IMG/VR virus record: IMGVR_UViG_3300024042_000034
Location: 1 to 52,144 of that record
Direction: 5' to 3' (one strand)
DNA length: 52,144 nucleotides
Source: a virus
Taxonomy: Duplodnaviria; Caudoviricetes
Shown: piece after piece, positions 18,301-26,835 of the stretch
Layout of the letters: each line of letters starts with the position of its first letter
How positions within the stretch are numbered: the first letter of the stretch is position 1
The notes under the pieces: generated by a model
Seen by the model: only the letters and a program-made list of their open reading frames with translations
What the model was told of the DNA's origin: nothing
Databases searched by the model: none
Translations under genes and position numbers: made by a program

Positions 18301-19929
18301 TACACCACTAGCATCCGTTTTGAATCGTTTCTCTAGTTCAGCTTGGTTACCTCCAATGATTTTTAATAAATCCGCTACTCCTTTGCCAGATCTAGTCATC
18401 TTTTCAAACTGCCCTAAAGTACGAGCGAACGTTGAACCGACAACCTCAGCTTCGAGACCTACAGCTTTTGTTGCTGTAGCATATGCAAGGACGTCTTTAC
18501 GGCCAATTTTGTACAAACCAACGTTTTGAGCGATAGCTTCGGCATTACCTAATATCTCTGATTCGGTCGCAGCGAAGTTGTTACCAAGATTTACGATCTC
18601 ATCACCAAACTCCTTAACATTTTGAACGCCGCCATCAGTAAGTGTAAGCAAGCGAGCTATCTTAGTGGCCCCTTCTTCACCTTTGATATCAGATGCAGTT
18701 TCCAGCTTAGCCAACGCATCGGAGAAATTCAGAAGATCTTGCCTGCCTTTTACACCAAGTTGACCGGCTACAGCGGAATATTCAAGAAGTTGTTTAGATT
18801 CTACTGTTTTAAGTGAACGTGATAACTGAATAACATCATCTGAATAAGATTGTAGATCCTTCCCTGCTAATCCAGTAGTTTTGGAAACCGACTTCAATCC
18901 ATCATCAAAATCAATTACAGTTTGTTTATTCTTTTGGAACAGCATAAACAATCCTGTGATTGCAGTTATTGCTAATCCAATTGGTGAAACGAGGAAGTTT
19001 AATATATTGGTTCCGGCAGTGACGAATGCTTTGCCCAGTTCTTTAACTGATCCAGGTTTACCAGCTAAATCATCAATGGAAGTTCCAAATGAAGCTAACT
19101 GGCTATTGATTCGCCCAATAATTGGAATAAGGCCGTCCAGTTCACCTGCGTAGTTACCTACATTTCGTTGATGGAGTCCAAGGGTGGCATCAATATTCTT
19201 GATACCTTTATCTAAAATTTGGGTTTCTTTGACAAGATCCTTAGATTTCTTCTCCAACTCTTCATAAGCTGCGCTATTTTTTAGCCCTTGCCGTTCCAAA
19301 CTAAACATCTCCGCAAGGACATCTTTTGATTCCTTCCGAACGTTTCCTAGGGCCTTATTTAGTTGATAATAGGCGCTGTTTTCTTTTTCGAGTTCCTTAC
19401 GGCGTTTTTCCGCAGCTTTACGTTGTCGCTCTGCATTCGCCTCTGCGTCTTTACGGGCTTTTTCCGCCGCCTTTACAGCTTTTTCGGCTTCTCGTTCAAC
19501 TTCATTAGCAGCACGTCTCTCCTCCGCCTGCTCCTTCAATTCTCGTGTATACTCTTGAAGCTCAATCTGTCCCTGCTTATACTGAATATTAAGCTCTTTT
19601 TCGGTTTGGGTAAGAGATTCTGTCGCTGCTTTCTTTTCAGCCAAAACAGTCTTTGCGTCTTGCTCCAACTGTTTCAACACATTCAAATCAGAAATCTCTT
19701 TGGAACGCTCCTCACGTAATTTCCGCAAGGATTCCATGTTTTGTAATTGAACTTCCTTTAACTTACGTTGAGCATCACTGAGTTGATTTACAGCAGAAGT
19801 TGACTTTTTAACGTCACCTGATCCATCTCCCATTCCACTGGCAGACACACCACTCCCCTTCAACAATTCGCTTATTTTGCGCTTTGCTTCATCATCATCA
19901 ACTACTACTTTATACCGTAAATCAGCCAT
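15391..19929 (-). CDS. Tail tape measure protein
   Basis: 1512 aa, Ala/Lys/Glu-rich coiled coil, QRNVGNY motif and TP901-like core; follows the chaperone gene. Confidence 0.93.
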   Translation of the reverse strand: MADLRYKVVVDDDEAKRKISELLKGSGVSASGMGDGSGDVKKSTSAVNQLSDAQRKLKEVQLQNMESLRKLREERSKEISDLNVLKQLEQDAKTVLAEKKAATESLTQTEKELNIQYKQGQIELQEYTRELKEQAEERRAANEVEREAEKAVKAAEKARKDAEANAERQRKAAEKRRKELEKENSAYYQLNKALGNVRKESKDVLAEMFSLERQGLKNSAAYEELEKKSKDLVKETQILDKGIKNIDATLGLHQRNVGNYAGELDGLIPIIGRINSQLASFGTSIDDLAGKPGSVKELGKAFVTAGTNILNFLVSPIGLAITAITGLFMLFQKNKQTVIDFDDGLKSVSKTTGLAGKDLQSYSDDVIQLSRSLKTVESKQLLEYSAVAGQLGVKGRQDLLNFSDALAKLETASDIKGEEGATKIARLLTLTDGGVQNVKEFGDEIVNLGNNFAATESEILGNAEAIAQNVGLYKIGRKDVLAYATATKAVGLEAEVVGSTFARTLGQFEKMTRSGKGVADLLKIIGGNQAELEKRFKTDASGVFMDYIAGLNKINQAGGSVNEALERTGIIAVRDQRVIASLASTGYDTLTNAMNTAKNAHGAMQAEFETGAGKLVNQSKRIGIAWDNVVLSIENGTGAIGKFSVATIGFFADIIESVNKVVSSKGWVELFTRHTGTILGGALFGANGASKANDIMDDWFPAANKNNGEDAAKFFTEFSSKTREEQLKMIANQEEMIKNQGTLNKAFNNPMYAENLKKMRSLLKTDVKGVEFGESEKDAKAKERLQAKAAKLAEQTRQATERQRSLQLEIDKINETASRNQLSRDESEVASVKDKYAKIKEEVRKFFADPKNKGLRVDMSGLQRSENFEVAEATTRQDTKRLEQSFDAQKKLLDEYNSYAEQTSKEAADKRFASELAAFKGYEENVEKAYFDLLAKKKTADLEGLNSTIKFTQAEEEQFKALSKRREDIVNENRQRESKRIIEALQLSETYSDKILKVQEKYKKAYADLGEKATKEQKDQLAKGLKDETSAILVAQYQREVDTEKMYYRLSILSKKASIDAIAQARKALLEQRKKGMSDKDFERELFQLDSAEAQVNLDKSWIASTGALKKYREQVQLYGKDSDQAKQAQKDMFTALASDLKNAQQIIGDVNGLLGSIGASDGLQNTVNQIGNLVGGMGELAAGIASGNPISIISGSIKTLTSALDLFNTKDKKLQKQIDAYKGQLDNLGKAYDTLQRRISNSVGENYYSDSDKAIANLKEQQRILAEMARAEEDKKKTDKDKVRGYYDEIDSINKQIEDIQKSITENLVQTTFKDLSASLADALVTAFEAGESAVDSLDETFDKFIKNALVNSLKLKMIEPIVNDMVNQLADYMKSNNNSLTGFNFAVWKDKIDGAGTEFTKTLEEAYKQLGLSKDGTSTSGGLKGSIQRELTESTASELTGLARSQTELLKRSFDESKSQGITMGKQLAVAIDQLTALNAIQVNTGETVKRLDTAVSELQSINKSLGGRF

Positions 19930-19933
19930 TAAA

Positions 19934-19997
19934 CAAACTTACCAAAAACGTTATGTTGTGATAAGTTTTGGTAGTTGTCTTAAAGGTAAATGACAAC
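19934..19997 (-). promoter_or_regulatory. Putative late promoter: TAAGTTTG -7 box plus upstream GTTGTC-N12-GACAAC palindrome
   Basis: -7 box 19934-19941; palindrome 19974-19997; same geometry as 25538-25601. Confidence 0.7.
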
Positions 19998-20264
19998 TTA
20001 GTCTGTGCTCAAGCCATTAAAGAAGTCGAACATATCAACAGGTTCACCTTCAACCGGAGTGGCTCCCGTATTATCATCTCCAATTGGCGGCAATACAAGG
20101 CTATACAACAAAAGATTTTGATAACTGACCTTATACTTTAACTCATCCTCAGTCATCCAGCCCTTAAAGGCGATTGCAGTATTGGCGACTATTGACCAAG
20201 GACTTCCTTGTCCTGGGTAAGATTTATCACTAGGCTTCTTGCTAAAGTTAAAGAGTCGAAAAAA
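19998..20264 (-). CDS. Tail assembly chaperone GT extension via programmed -1 frameshift
   Basis: T TTT TTC slippery heptamer at 20258-20264; the -1 frame stays open for 86 further codons (…GSPWSIVANTAIAFKGWMTEDELKYKVSYQNLLLYS…) to TAA at 19998. Confidence 0.82.
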   Translation of the reverse strand, partial: FFRLFNFSKKPSDKSYPGQGSPWSIVANTAIAFKGWMTEDELKYKVSYQNLLLYSLVLPPIGDDNTGATPVEGEPVDMFDFFNGLSTD

Positions 20265-20689
20265 GGCTCAAGGTCTAACCTCCCGTAGACCATGCGGAAC
20301 ATTGCGTTTATCTGTCCGTTTGTGAATTGGTATCTTAGCGCAATAGAAAGTTCTTGTGATGGCGTAGCGGGGTTATTGTTTATAGCCATTGCAATAACAT
20401 CAGTTAATCCGGCGACATTATCTCTAAGTAAGGTAAATATCTGGTCAGATGATGGAAGGTTTTGTATATCTTTTGCTCCCGTCATTTCCATGAGACGTAA
20501 AGCGATGTCCTGGGAAACACCAGCAGAAATACCGCGAAGTTGTAAGGAAACTGTACGCTTACGTTTGAATAGTTTACCAAAGAAATCTGTTCTCGGAAGT
20601 GTGACCTCTCCCAATTGTTCAGGATGGTCATTAAAAGTTTTAACAATTAGGCGTTGGGCCTCAAGTGGAGTTAATTCTTGTTCTTGCAT
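20189..20689 (-). CDS. Tail assembly chaperone (G-like)
   Basis: 166 aa between major tail and tape measure genes; contains the slippery site. Confidence 0.8.
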   Translation of the reverse strand: MQEQELTPLEAQRLIVKTFNDHPEQLGEVTLPRTDFFGKLFKRKRTVSLQLRGISAGVSQDIALRLMEMTGAKDIQNLPSSDQIFTLLRDNVAGLTDVIAMAINNNPATPSQELSIALRYQFTNGQINAMFRMVYGRLDLEPFFDSLTLARSLVINLTQDKEVLGQ

Positions 20690-20786
20690 TTTGGAAAGGT
20701 AAATGGCGAAATGCCGTTAAAAATAACCCCTACTCGCCAACCTTTTCCACAAGAGTGGTTTTCGGGGTAAAAATCGTGTACTGCGG

Positions 20787-21326
20787 TTAAGCCACTGCTA
20801 CTTTTTCGAAATACCATGGTGCTAATGCATCGCCGTCTGCGTCAACTACTCCTAACGCTTCAGCGGTGAAACCCAGCGCCAAGAAATCAGCTCCATCTTT
20901 TGTCAAGGTATTCTCAATTCGACCAATGATTGATCCGTTAAGAATAACCATAACAAACTTGTAGCCTAAACGAGGTTTACTTGTCAAACGAACCGCAAGG
21001 TTAACTTCCGCTGTTTGATCAATTGGCGCTTCGAATTTGGTCGTAGAAGTGGATGCGACATCTCCCTTAAAAATAAGGTCGGCTGATTTAGGTTCCATAT
21101 TTAGTGATTTACCTGTAATACTAGCTCCGTCACCCTCCTCTCCAACTACTGCCCAAGTACCAGGCTTATCTTCTACCTTAATTTTGGTTAGTACTTTTTC
21201 AGGAACATTGATTGATACTGATCCCATTTCGATATCAGTAATCTTTACCCATCCTGTAGTTGGTAAAGTCCCGTCCGCACTTACTTTTGCGAACTCAATC
21301 GATTCAACTCCTTTTACTGGAAACAT
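20787..21326 (-). CDS. Major tail (tube) protein
   Basis: 179 aa beta-rich protein, syntenic position before the chaperone. Confidence 0.75.
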   Translation of the reverse strand: MFPVKGVESIEFAKVSADGTLPTTGWVKITDIEMGSVSINVPEKVLTKIKVEDKPGTWAVVGEEGDGASITGKSLNMEPKSADLIFKGDVASTSTTKFEAPIDQTAEVNLAVRLTSKPRLGYKFVMVILNGSIIGRIENTLTKDGADFLALGFTAEALGVVDADGDALAPWYFEKVAVA

Positions 21327-21330
21327 ATTA

Positions 21331-21378
21331 TTCTTTGTTAGAGATCAAATCGGTTCTTTTGCCCTTCCCCGATTCGAT
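21331..21378 (-). promoter_or_regulatory. Repeated leader element, copy A (hairpin with AGGGCAA loop + TCTCTAACAAAG)
   Basis: Minus strand ATCGAATCGG-GGAAGGGCAAAAGAA-CCGATTTGAT-CTCTAACAAAGAA just before the major tail ATG. Confidence 0.7.
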
Positions 21379-21398
21379 AGTTAATATTCTATTTTTTA

Positions 21399-21839
21399 CT
21401 AGCTCGTGATATCTGTCCGAAGGAAATTATAGTATACTTGGATATTGTAAAGCCAATCTGTACCGAACCCTACAAGCTCTCCTGGATTCTTAAGTTTCAA
21501 TGAAAAATCAAAACCATGGTAATCATCAACAGCAGCAACAATTAACTCAGCTATTTCTTCCATTCTTGGTTCATCAGGTTGAGTATTATCTTTAGCAGTA
21601 GGATTTTCAGCAGTTTGATTTTTCAGGTTTGGAACATGAATATTAATATTAAACAAACCTTCCTGCGCTTGGTCCGCGTCATAAGTTGCGGAATTTAAAA
21701 CTAAATCCTCTTTAGTAGAGCCTAAGCGTCGTTGCGCTGTTCTAATCTCCCCTGAAATTAACAAGTCAATTCCTGAGTTTAATAAAACCTGTTTAATATC
21801 TCTTTTTGCTTGGAAATCAGTTTTTATTAACTTCTTCAT
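21399..21839 (-). CDS. Putative tail terminator/completion protein
   Basis: 146 aa; synteny directly upstream of the major tail gene. Confidence 0.6.
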   Translation of the reverse strand: MKKLIKTDFQAKRDIKQVLLNSGIDLLISGEIRTAQRRLGSTKEDLVLNSATYDADQAQEGLFNINIHVPNLKNQTAENPTAKDNTQPDEPRMEEIAELIVAAVDDYHGFDFSLKLKNPGELVGFGTDWLYNIQVYYNFLRTDITS

Positions 21840-22291
21840 ACGCTAATATTATTAAATGCCTGTTCCAAAGATTTTCTAACCTCAGATTCAGCGGTTGCTA
21901 AAACAGATAGACCTTTAGCTTGCACCCAACCTGCATATTCCTTTCCTGCTACTAAGACAATACCCCAACCTTGCGATTCTCTTAACTGAGAAAATGCAAG
22001 TTCTTTACCTTCTTTCATTCCTGGTGCCCTATTACTCCCATAAGGAGATAACTGAAAATCCTCAAACAACACTTTCCCGTCTTTAAAAATAATTCCACCA
22101 GTAGACGAACGTAATTGTCCGGTTAGATCATCATACCCGCCGTCCATTCTCATTCTAGCCCTCTGGATTTTCAGAGCTTCAGCTAGGACAAGTTTGAATG
22201 CTTCAAGCGTCTTACGATCAACTTCATCGTACATTTCCTTTTGGACTTGTTCAATCTCCGCAGGAGTCATATCTAAAACCAATTTTAACAT
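21836..22291 (-). CDS. HK97 gp10-like neck/tail completion protein
   Basis: D.TG.LRSS and EYA..V motifs. Confidence 0.7.
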   Translation of the reverse strand: MLKLVLDMTPAEIEQVQKEMYDEVDRKTLEAFKLVLAEALKIQRARMRMDGGYDDLTGQLRSSTGGIIFKDGKVLFEDFQLSPYGSNRAPGMKEGKELAFSQLRESQGWGIVLVAGKEYAGWVQAKGLSVLATAESEVRKSLEQAFNNISV

Positions 22292-22292
22292 A

Positions 22293-22568
22293 TCACACGT
22301 ACATTACACAATGAAGCTGGCCACGATGAAAAATTGCAACAGTCTCCTGCCAACATATAACTTCACCATTTCGATCATATCCAGTAATCACCTCGTCAAC
22401 TAAGAACATTGGAGAATCAACGGGTAGAGCAATGGTAAACTTCACATCAACCTCAACACCATCCTTCACTTTCTTCATACCAGCGCTTCGGTTGTTTGGA
22501 TAGAAACGGCAAGACAATTCGCTTCCGTCTTCCCTCACCAATTTATCTGGATACTGATCAGGATACAT
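22293..22568 (-). CDS. Putative head closure protein
   Basis: 91 aa; synteny in the head-tail joining cluster. Confidence 0.55.
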   Translation of the reverse strand: MYPDQYPDKLVREDGSELSCRFYPNNRSAGMKKVKDGVEVDVKFTIALPVDSPMFLVDEVITGYDRNGEVICWQETVAIFHRGQLHCVMYV

Positions 22569-22570
22569 GA

Positions 22571-22900
22571 TTAATGAGTATTTGAAAGGTCAACAAATCC
22601 CGATGTAACTGGCGTTTCATCAATCCCCCAACGAAGCAACAACCGTCTACGTAAAGCTTCCAAAGCAGTAGCATCCTGTTGAGTAAGTTGATAATCCAAT
22701 TCCTTGACAGATTTAGGCTGTGTTAAAAGGAAGTCAATCAACCCTGCCCGGGAAAGATCCAATGCTTTAGTCTGATCTTGATTTTGGGGCTCACGTTCCG
22801 CTACAGGATCTAACCCATTTTCCGCCAACATCATTTCAACGGTTGCATCAGGGAACTTAAACCCCATCGACGACACTAAGACTTCCTTTACACTTGCCAT
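22571..22900 (-). CDS. Putative head-tail adaptor
   Basis: 109 aa helical protein; synteny after the capsid genes. Confidence 0.55.
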   Translation of the reverse strand: MASVKEVLVSSMGFKFPDATVEMMLAENGLDPVAEREPQNQDQTKALDLSRAGLIDFLLTQPKSVKELDYQLTQQDATALEALRRRLLLRWGIDETPVTSGFVDLSNTH

Positions 22901-22919
22901 ATTATCTAAATACGGGTAA

Positions 22920-23309
22920 TTACCCTTTCTTTACCAAACCACGTTCAACACACAAATCCAAACGATCCTGAGAGAAATGAGACACATCATCACCTTCAAC
23001 CCATTTCTTGCCAAAGTTGTCTTTATCAGCAAATGGAGAAATGACAATGTATTTTTTCTTTGACGGTTTGGAGTCTCCTTTTACCTTGGCCGCGGCCGCT
23101 GCATCTTTCTGCGCACGTTCGTCAGCTTTAGCTTTAGCATCTTCTGGAATCTCTACCTCATCGCCAACTTTAATACCTCGTTTTTCAAGGTCAGGGTTGT
23201 GTTTTAGATCCGATTCCGTGACGATATGCTTAACCAACTTCGGCCCACCTTGTGGAGAAGCTGAAGGAGCACCTGATTGTGCTCCTGTTTTATTTTCTTG
23301 ATCTGCCAT
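22920..23309 (-). CDS. Hypothetical head-region protein
   Basis: 129 aa, coupled to the capsid stop codon; low-complexity Ala/Lys linker. Confidence 0.65.
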   Translation of the reverse strand: MADQENKTGAQSGAPSASPQGGPKLVKHIVTESDLKHNPDLEKRGIKVGDEVEIPEDAKAKADERAQKDAAAAAKVKGDSKPSKKKYIVISPFADKDNFGKKWVEGDDVSHFSQDRLDLCVERGLVKKG

Positions 23310-24397
23310 TATGCTTGTACGGTTTTAGTGTCCAACAAATAGATTTCGTCGATTGCAGTTACCACCGGAACTACGCGAGCCTGAGCACGTGTAACTTCTT
23401 TCAAGGAAGGTGTAGTTGTACGGAATTTGCTCACAAGAATGTATTCGTTAGCTTTTTGGTACTCAACCCCTGCCTGTTTGTGGTTTTCTTCCGCCAAACG
23501 AGCGTAAACCAATTCCCCAACCATTTGTGATGCAACAAAAACCATTGCCCCAGCTGCGAAAGGCTTAAACGATGTTCGTTTACCATCCTTTTCAACTTTG
23601 ATAGTACGATCAACTTTAATAAAAGTAAAGCCATAACGTTTGGTAACCAAAGTATTCAACTGATCAAAGTCAAGGTTTGGAATTTGCTTGTTGCCAGTGC
23701 TGTTTTGGCTAAAAGAATAGTACTCTTTCGCTTGATCAGTGGCCGCAATAGCATTGATTGTTGCTGTGTCAGTATAAACTTGGGTGATTGTCACACCATC
23801 TGCTGTTGCTTTATCGATAACTCTTTGAAAATCATCAAAAGGTTTCGCATTGACTTTATCTGAATACAGAGCAGCAACACCAAAAAGGTGATCAGCGCGA
23901 TATTTATAATCGCAGCGAACGCCTACGCCTACATTTTCGGGATCATCAACCAAGGTGATACCTGTAGAGAATCCACGTAAGAAAATAGCTTCGTTACGTT
24001 CATAAATTGCTCCAATAGCACGAGGAGTATCTGCAAATAACTTGGCGATTACCTGACCGTTAGTCGCTCCGTTCGCTATCAAAGTGTCCAATTGAGTAAG
24101 CTCTGTTTCATTAAGAGCTAATTCAATCCCCATTTTAGGGATATCACCTGAAGCTTGTGAGATAGAATCTCTAGTCTTCAAAGGAAGGCTAGAATCCATG
24201 GCCACAACATCGGCCGCAACTAGACTAAAAGAAGCAGATAGACTTTCCCATTTACCAGTTACCGAAAAAACTGGCTTTAACATTGTAGTGTGCAAGTAGA
24301 CCAATGGTCTCTTTGTATCGTTCAATGTCTCGACTGTTCGTACAATAATTCCTGGGAAGAATTTTTGTACCCATTGAATAAATAGTGATTTTTCCAT
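23309..24397 (-). CDS. Major capsid protein
   Basis: 362 aa after scaffold and decoration genes; AADVVAMDS.LPLK.R and G.IPK motifs resemble lambda gpE-like capsids. Confidence 0.85.
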   Translation of the reverse strand: MEKSLFIQWVQKFFPGIIVRTVETLNDTKRPLVYLHTTMLKPVFSVTGKWESLSASFSLVAADVVAMDSSLPLKTRDSISQASGDIPKMGIELALNETELTQLDTLIANGATNGQVIAKLFADTPRAIGAIYERNEAIFLRGFSTGITLVDDPENVGVGVRCDYKYRADHLFGVAALYSDKVNAKPFDDFQRVIDKATADGVTITQVYTDTATINAIAATDQAKEYYSFSQNSTGNKQIPNLDFDQLNTLVTKRYGFTFIKVDRTIKVEKDGKRTSFKPFAAGAMVFVASQMVGELVYARLAEENHKQAGVEYQKANEYILVSKFRTTTPSLKEVTRAQARVVPVVTAIDEIYLLDTKTVQA

Positions 24398-24795
24398 TAG
24401 TCTGCTCTAAAATCAATTAAAGGCTTTAATGCTTCCATTGCTTCCGCTGTCGGCTCAATGTAACATGCCTTATAGTTTACCGTTCCCCTCACTAATAATC
24501 CAGCAGCGGGTTTTGCTGTTAATATCGAATTGATCAAAATGTGCGCATACTCGTAACCTGCTGGCAAAGCTGCGTAAGCAGTTCCATCAGTGTTAACCGG
24601 CATGGGCTTATAAATATTTCCTGTCGCTGTATCTTTGATGATAACATGCCCCGCATAAATGACTTTAGGTGTGTAACCTGTCACCTCAAGAGCACGACCA
24701 CCACGAACAGACTGGAAATTGTCAACGATAATCACGGTGTCCCGTGAAGTATCGATGATTTGTTCGTCGTTGTTTAAATTTACTGTTGTTCCCAT
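24397..24795 (-). CDS. Head decoration protein
   Basis: 132 aa between scaffold and capsid; VIYAGHVI motif; synteny. Confidence 0.65.
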   Translation of the reverse strand: MGTTVNLNNDEQIIDTSRDTVIIVDNFQSVRGGRALEVTGYTPKVIYAGHVIIKDTATGNIYKPMPVNTDGTAYAALPAGYEYAHILINSILTAKPAAGLLVRGTVNYKACYIEPTAEAMEALKPLIDFRAD

Positions 24796-24803
24796 TTGAA
24801 TAA

Positions 24804-25469
24804 CTATTGTAATCCAATTTCGCTCATCACAGAATCCAACTCTTCCTTAGTTGCTTCCTTGACTTTGCCATCTTTACCTACACTCGAAAATGGACTATCC
24901 TTCCCCAATTTACTTTCAGCTTGCGTTTGCGTATGGTTAGCGAAGTCGGTTTCTACATCCGTCAGATAAGTATTAAAGTCATCATCAGTAGCAAAGTTCA
25001 TACGACCGAAATCACGTAATACCTTTGCGCTGTAGTCTTCCCCGGCGTCTTTGAGCTTAGCTTGGATGATTGATCGACGGTCATTAATTACCTTCTGCCC
25101 CTCAAGAGCAGCAAGTTTCTCTGTTACCGTTTTATTGCCATCAATAATAGCCTTGGCCCACGCTGGCACTTCTTCACTTGCCGCAGGAGCTGGAACAGGT
25201 GCTGGTTCAGGCGGAGTAGGTTGTGGTGCAGGAGCTGGTGTTTTTAATTTTTCCAATTCCGCTTGTACACTCCGAGCACGATCATCGTCCTTGGCCAAAT
25301 CTGTAAATGGCAAGTATTCATTGATCGCTCCCATCTTTGCTTCCAGTTCCTCTTCTGTTGTAACTTTACCTTCAAATCGTTTTGCCAACTCATCTACACG
25401 AGCTGCTGAAAGTTGAGCGCCCCCAAACTTGGTTTGAAGTAATGCTCTAATTGCTTTTTTGATATCCAT
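24804..25469 (-). CDS. Capsid scaffolding protein
   Basis: Charged helical protein with a Pro/Ala linker and EVPAWAK motif; first gene of the head operon. Confidence 0.75.
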   Translation of the reverse strand: MDIKKAIRALLQTKFGGAQLSAARVDELAKRFEGKVTTEEELEAKMGAINEYLPFTDLAKDDDRARSVQAELEKLKTPAPAPQPTPPEPAPVPAPAASEEVPAWAKAIIDGNKTVTEKLAALEGQKVINDRRSIIQAKLKDAGEDYSAKVLRDFGRMNFATDDDFNTYLTDVETDFANHTQTQAESKLGKDSPFSSVGKDGKVKEATKEELDSVMSEIGLQ

Positions 25470-25537
25470 TTGTCTTTGTTTTTACCAGTGTCTACCCATA
25501 TCGAATGGCCTTTCTAAACAGTTAGAACCCGATATAA

Positions 25538-25601
25538 CAAAAGTACCTTGAAGGGTTGGTGAAGGGAAATAGTCGTGGTTGTCATTCGTTCTGTGGACAA
25601 C
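25538..25601 (-). promoter_or_regulatory. Putative late promoter: TACTTTTG -7 box plus upstream GTTGTC-N12-GACAAC palindrome
   Basis: -7 box 25538-25545; palindrome 25578-25601; 40 bp offset identical to the tape measure promoter. Confidence 0.7.
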
Positions 25602-25647
25602 ATGTGTATTGCGAGTGTGGAAAACATAACGCAACATATCACAAATG

Positions 25648-25678
25648 TTTGGTTTGTTTAAAAAGTTTATTATATTTG
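25648..25678 (+). promoter_or_regulatory. Bacteroidota sigma-A type promoter
   Basis: TTTG (25648-25651), 19 bp spacer, TATATTTG (25671-25678) upstream of 25764. Confidence 0.65.
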
Positions 25679-25763
25679 TGAAGCCTAGGCGCGATGCTTA
25701 ATGGAAACCGTTTTGACAAATGGGGTGTAATGAATATATTTAAGGCAAAAATATATTAACGTT

Positions 25764-26420
25764 ATGAAAAGGGTTTTACTATTATTATCATTAATGGTAA
25801 GTATCAGCGCAGTTTTTAGTCAGCAAAAGAAGATTAATAATGATTTATCTATTTTAAAATCAAAAACAACAGCATGGTTTAAAAATGTATATGTGCCTCG
25901 TAACTTTAAAGACCCTTACTCATATAAACTCATGAATTGCATTGTGTCGCCAATAAGCTTGGCTGAAAAACTTGAAGAAAATGATAGGGATTTACAGTAT
26001 CAATTTGAAATTCTTAAAATAAGAAATAAAGATACCACCGATTATTTTGGAGATTACCAGAAATCGAAAAGAGATGCCTTAAAAGCTAAAGACGATTATG
26101 ACAGGATCGCTAAAAGTTCTGATACGACCGGCCTTAGTCGCCATAAAAAATATTATGACACATTTTTATGGTATTACAATAAGCAAATTAATAATTTTAC
26201 TGAAGTTAACAACTTAGTAAATAAAAATACAGAAATGCAGAAGGAATTAAAAAATATTAAATCAACTGCATCTCCACAAGAATTAAAAGAAACAGTTGAA
26301 TATATTGTATATATTGATGCTTATGGTAAGAATTCACTAGGTAACTCTGTTTTAGGTAAATACTATTATAAAATAGATAAAAGTGGAAAAACGATATCAG
26401 AAGTAAAGATGTTTGATTAA
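25764..26420 (+). CDS. Secreted hypothetical protein (moron)
   Basis: Sec signal MKRVLLLLSLMVSISAVFS-Q; FKDPYSYK and AYGKNSLG motifs; AT-rich; opposite strand to structural genes. Confidence 0.8.
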   Translation: MKRVLLLLSLMVSISAVFSQQKKINNDLSILKSKTTAWFKNVYVPRNFKDPYSYKLMNCIVSPISLAEKLEENDRDLQYQFEILKIRNKDTTDYFGDYQKSKRDALKAKDDYDRIAKSSDTTGLSRHKKYYDTFLWYYNKQINNFTEVNNLVNKNTEMQKELKNIKSTASPQELKETVEYIVYIDAYGKNSLGNSVLGKYYYKIDKSGKTISEVKMFD

Positions 26421-26455
26421 AATTTGGATATATAAAATTTGTTTTGCATTTTTGA

Positions 26456-26601
26456 AATGCGAACAGCGTGGAGTGAGTCCACGAATAATTTATTAACAAT
26501 ATAGCTCAGGCATACCGGTGAAAGTCCGGGAACTCATCGGTACTCCGACGCTGTTCGCGGTGACCTGGGCATTTTTAATATTTTCACTAATGCGAACAGC
26601 G
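26456..26601 (+). ncRNA. c4-like antisense RNA (about 26504-26570) with upstream and downstream target sites
   Basis: Closing stem GCTCAGG/CCTGGGC, inner hairpins CCGG/CCGG and TCGG/CCGA; CGCTGTTCGC (26549-26558) complementary to two copies of AATGCGAACAGCG (26456-26468, 26589-26601). Confidence 0.7.
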
Positions 26602-26835
26602 AAAAATCAAACCCACAAGCTACCATCCAACATAGTAGCTTTCATGACTGCACCATCTGTGCCAGTTGATCAAATCCAAGAAATTCAAACTATTTACAAT
26701 GTCTCCATACGGATCGCCGTTGACATCTACGAAGAAGTTGGCGAGCGTTACACAGATGAAATCTGGGTAGCTGCTGTATGTGGTATTGCTTCACCGGCTT
26801 ACCTTCAGGAAATGAAAGGAGGTTTGTCATGTTGA
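26590..26835 (+). CDS. Hypothetical protein, first gene of the putative antirepressor operon
   Basis: In-frame ATG at 26590 lies inside the antisense target (track start 26518 falls within the RNA structure). Confidence 0.65.
   Translation: MRTAKNQTHKLPSNIVAFMTAPSVPVDQIQEIQTIYNVSIRIAVDIYEEVGERYTDEIWVAAVCGIASPAYLQEMKGGLSC

Noticed and set aside
15830-25416. Many + strand ORFs of 60-140 aa within tail and head genes
   Set aside because: Antisense shadows of long - strand genes with no recognisable motifs
26504-26570. Cloverleaf-like fold as a tRNA
   Set aside because: No TTC T-loop, D-loop or anticodon arm geometry; complementarity to flanking repeats fits an antisense RNA better
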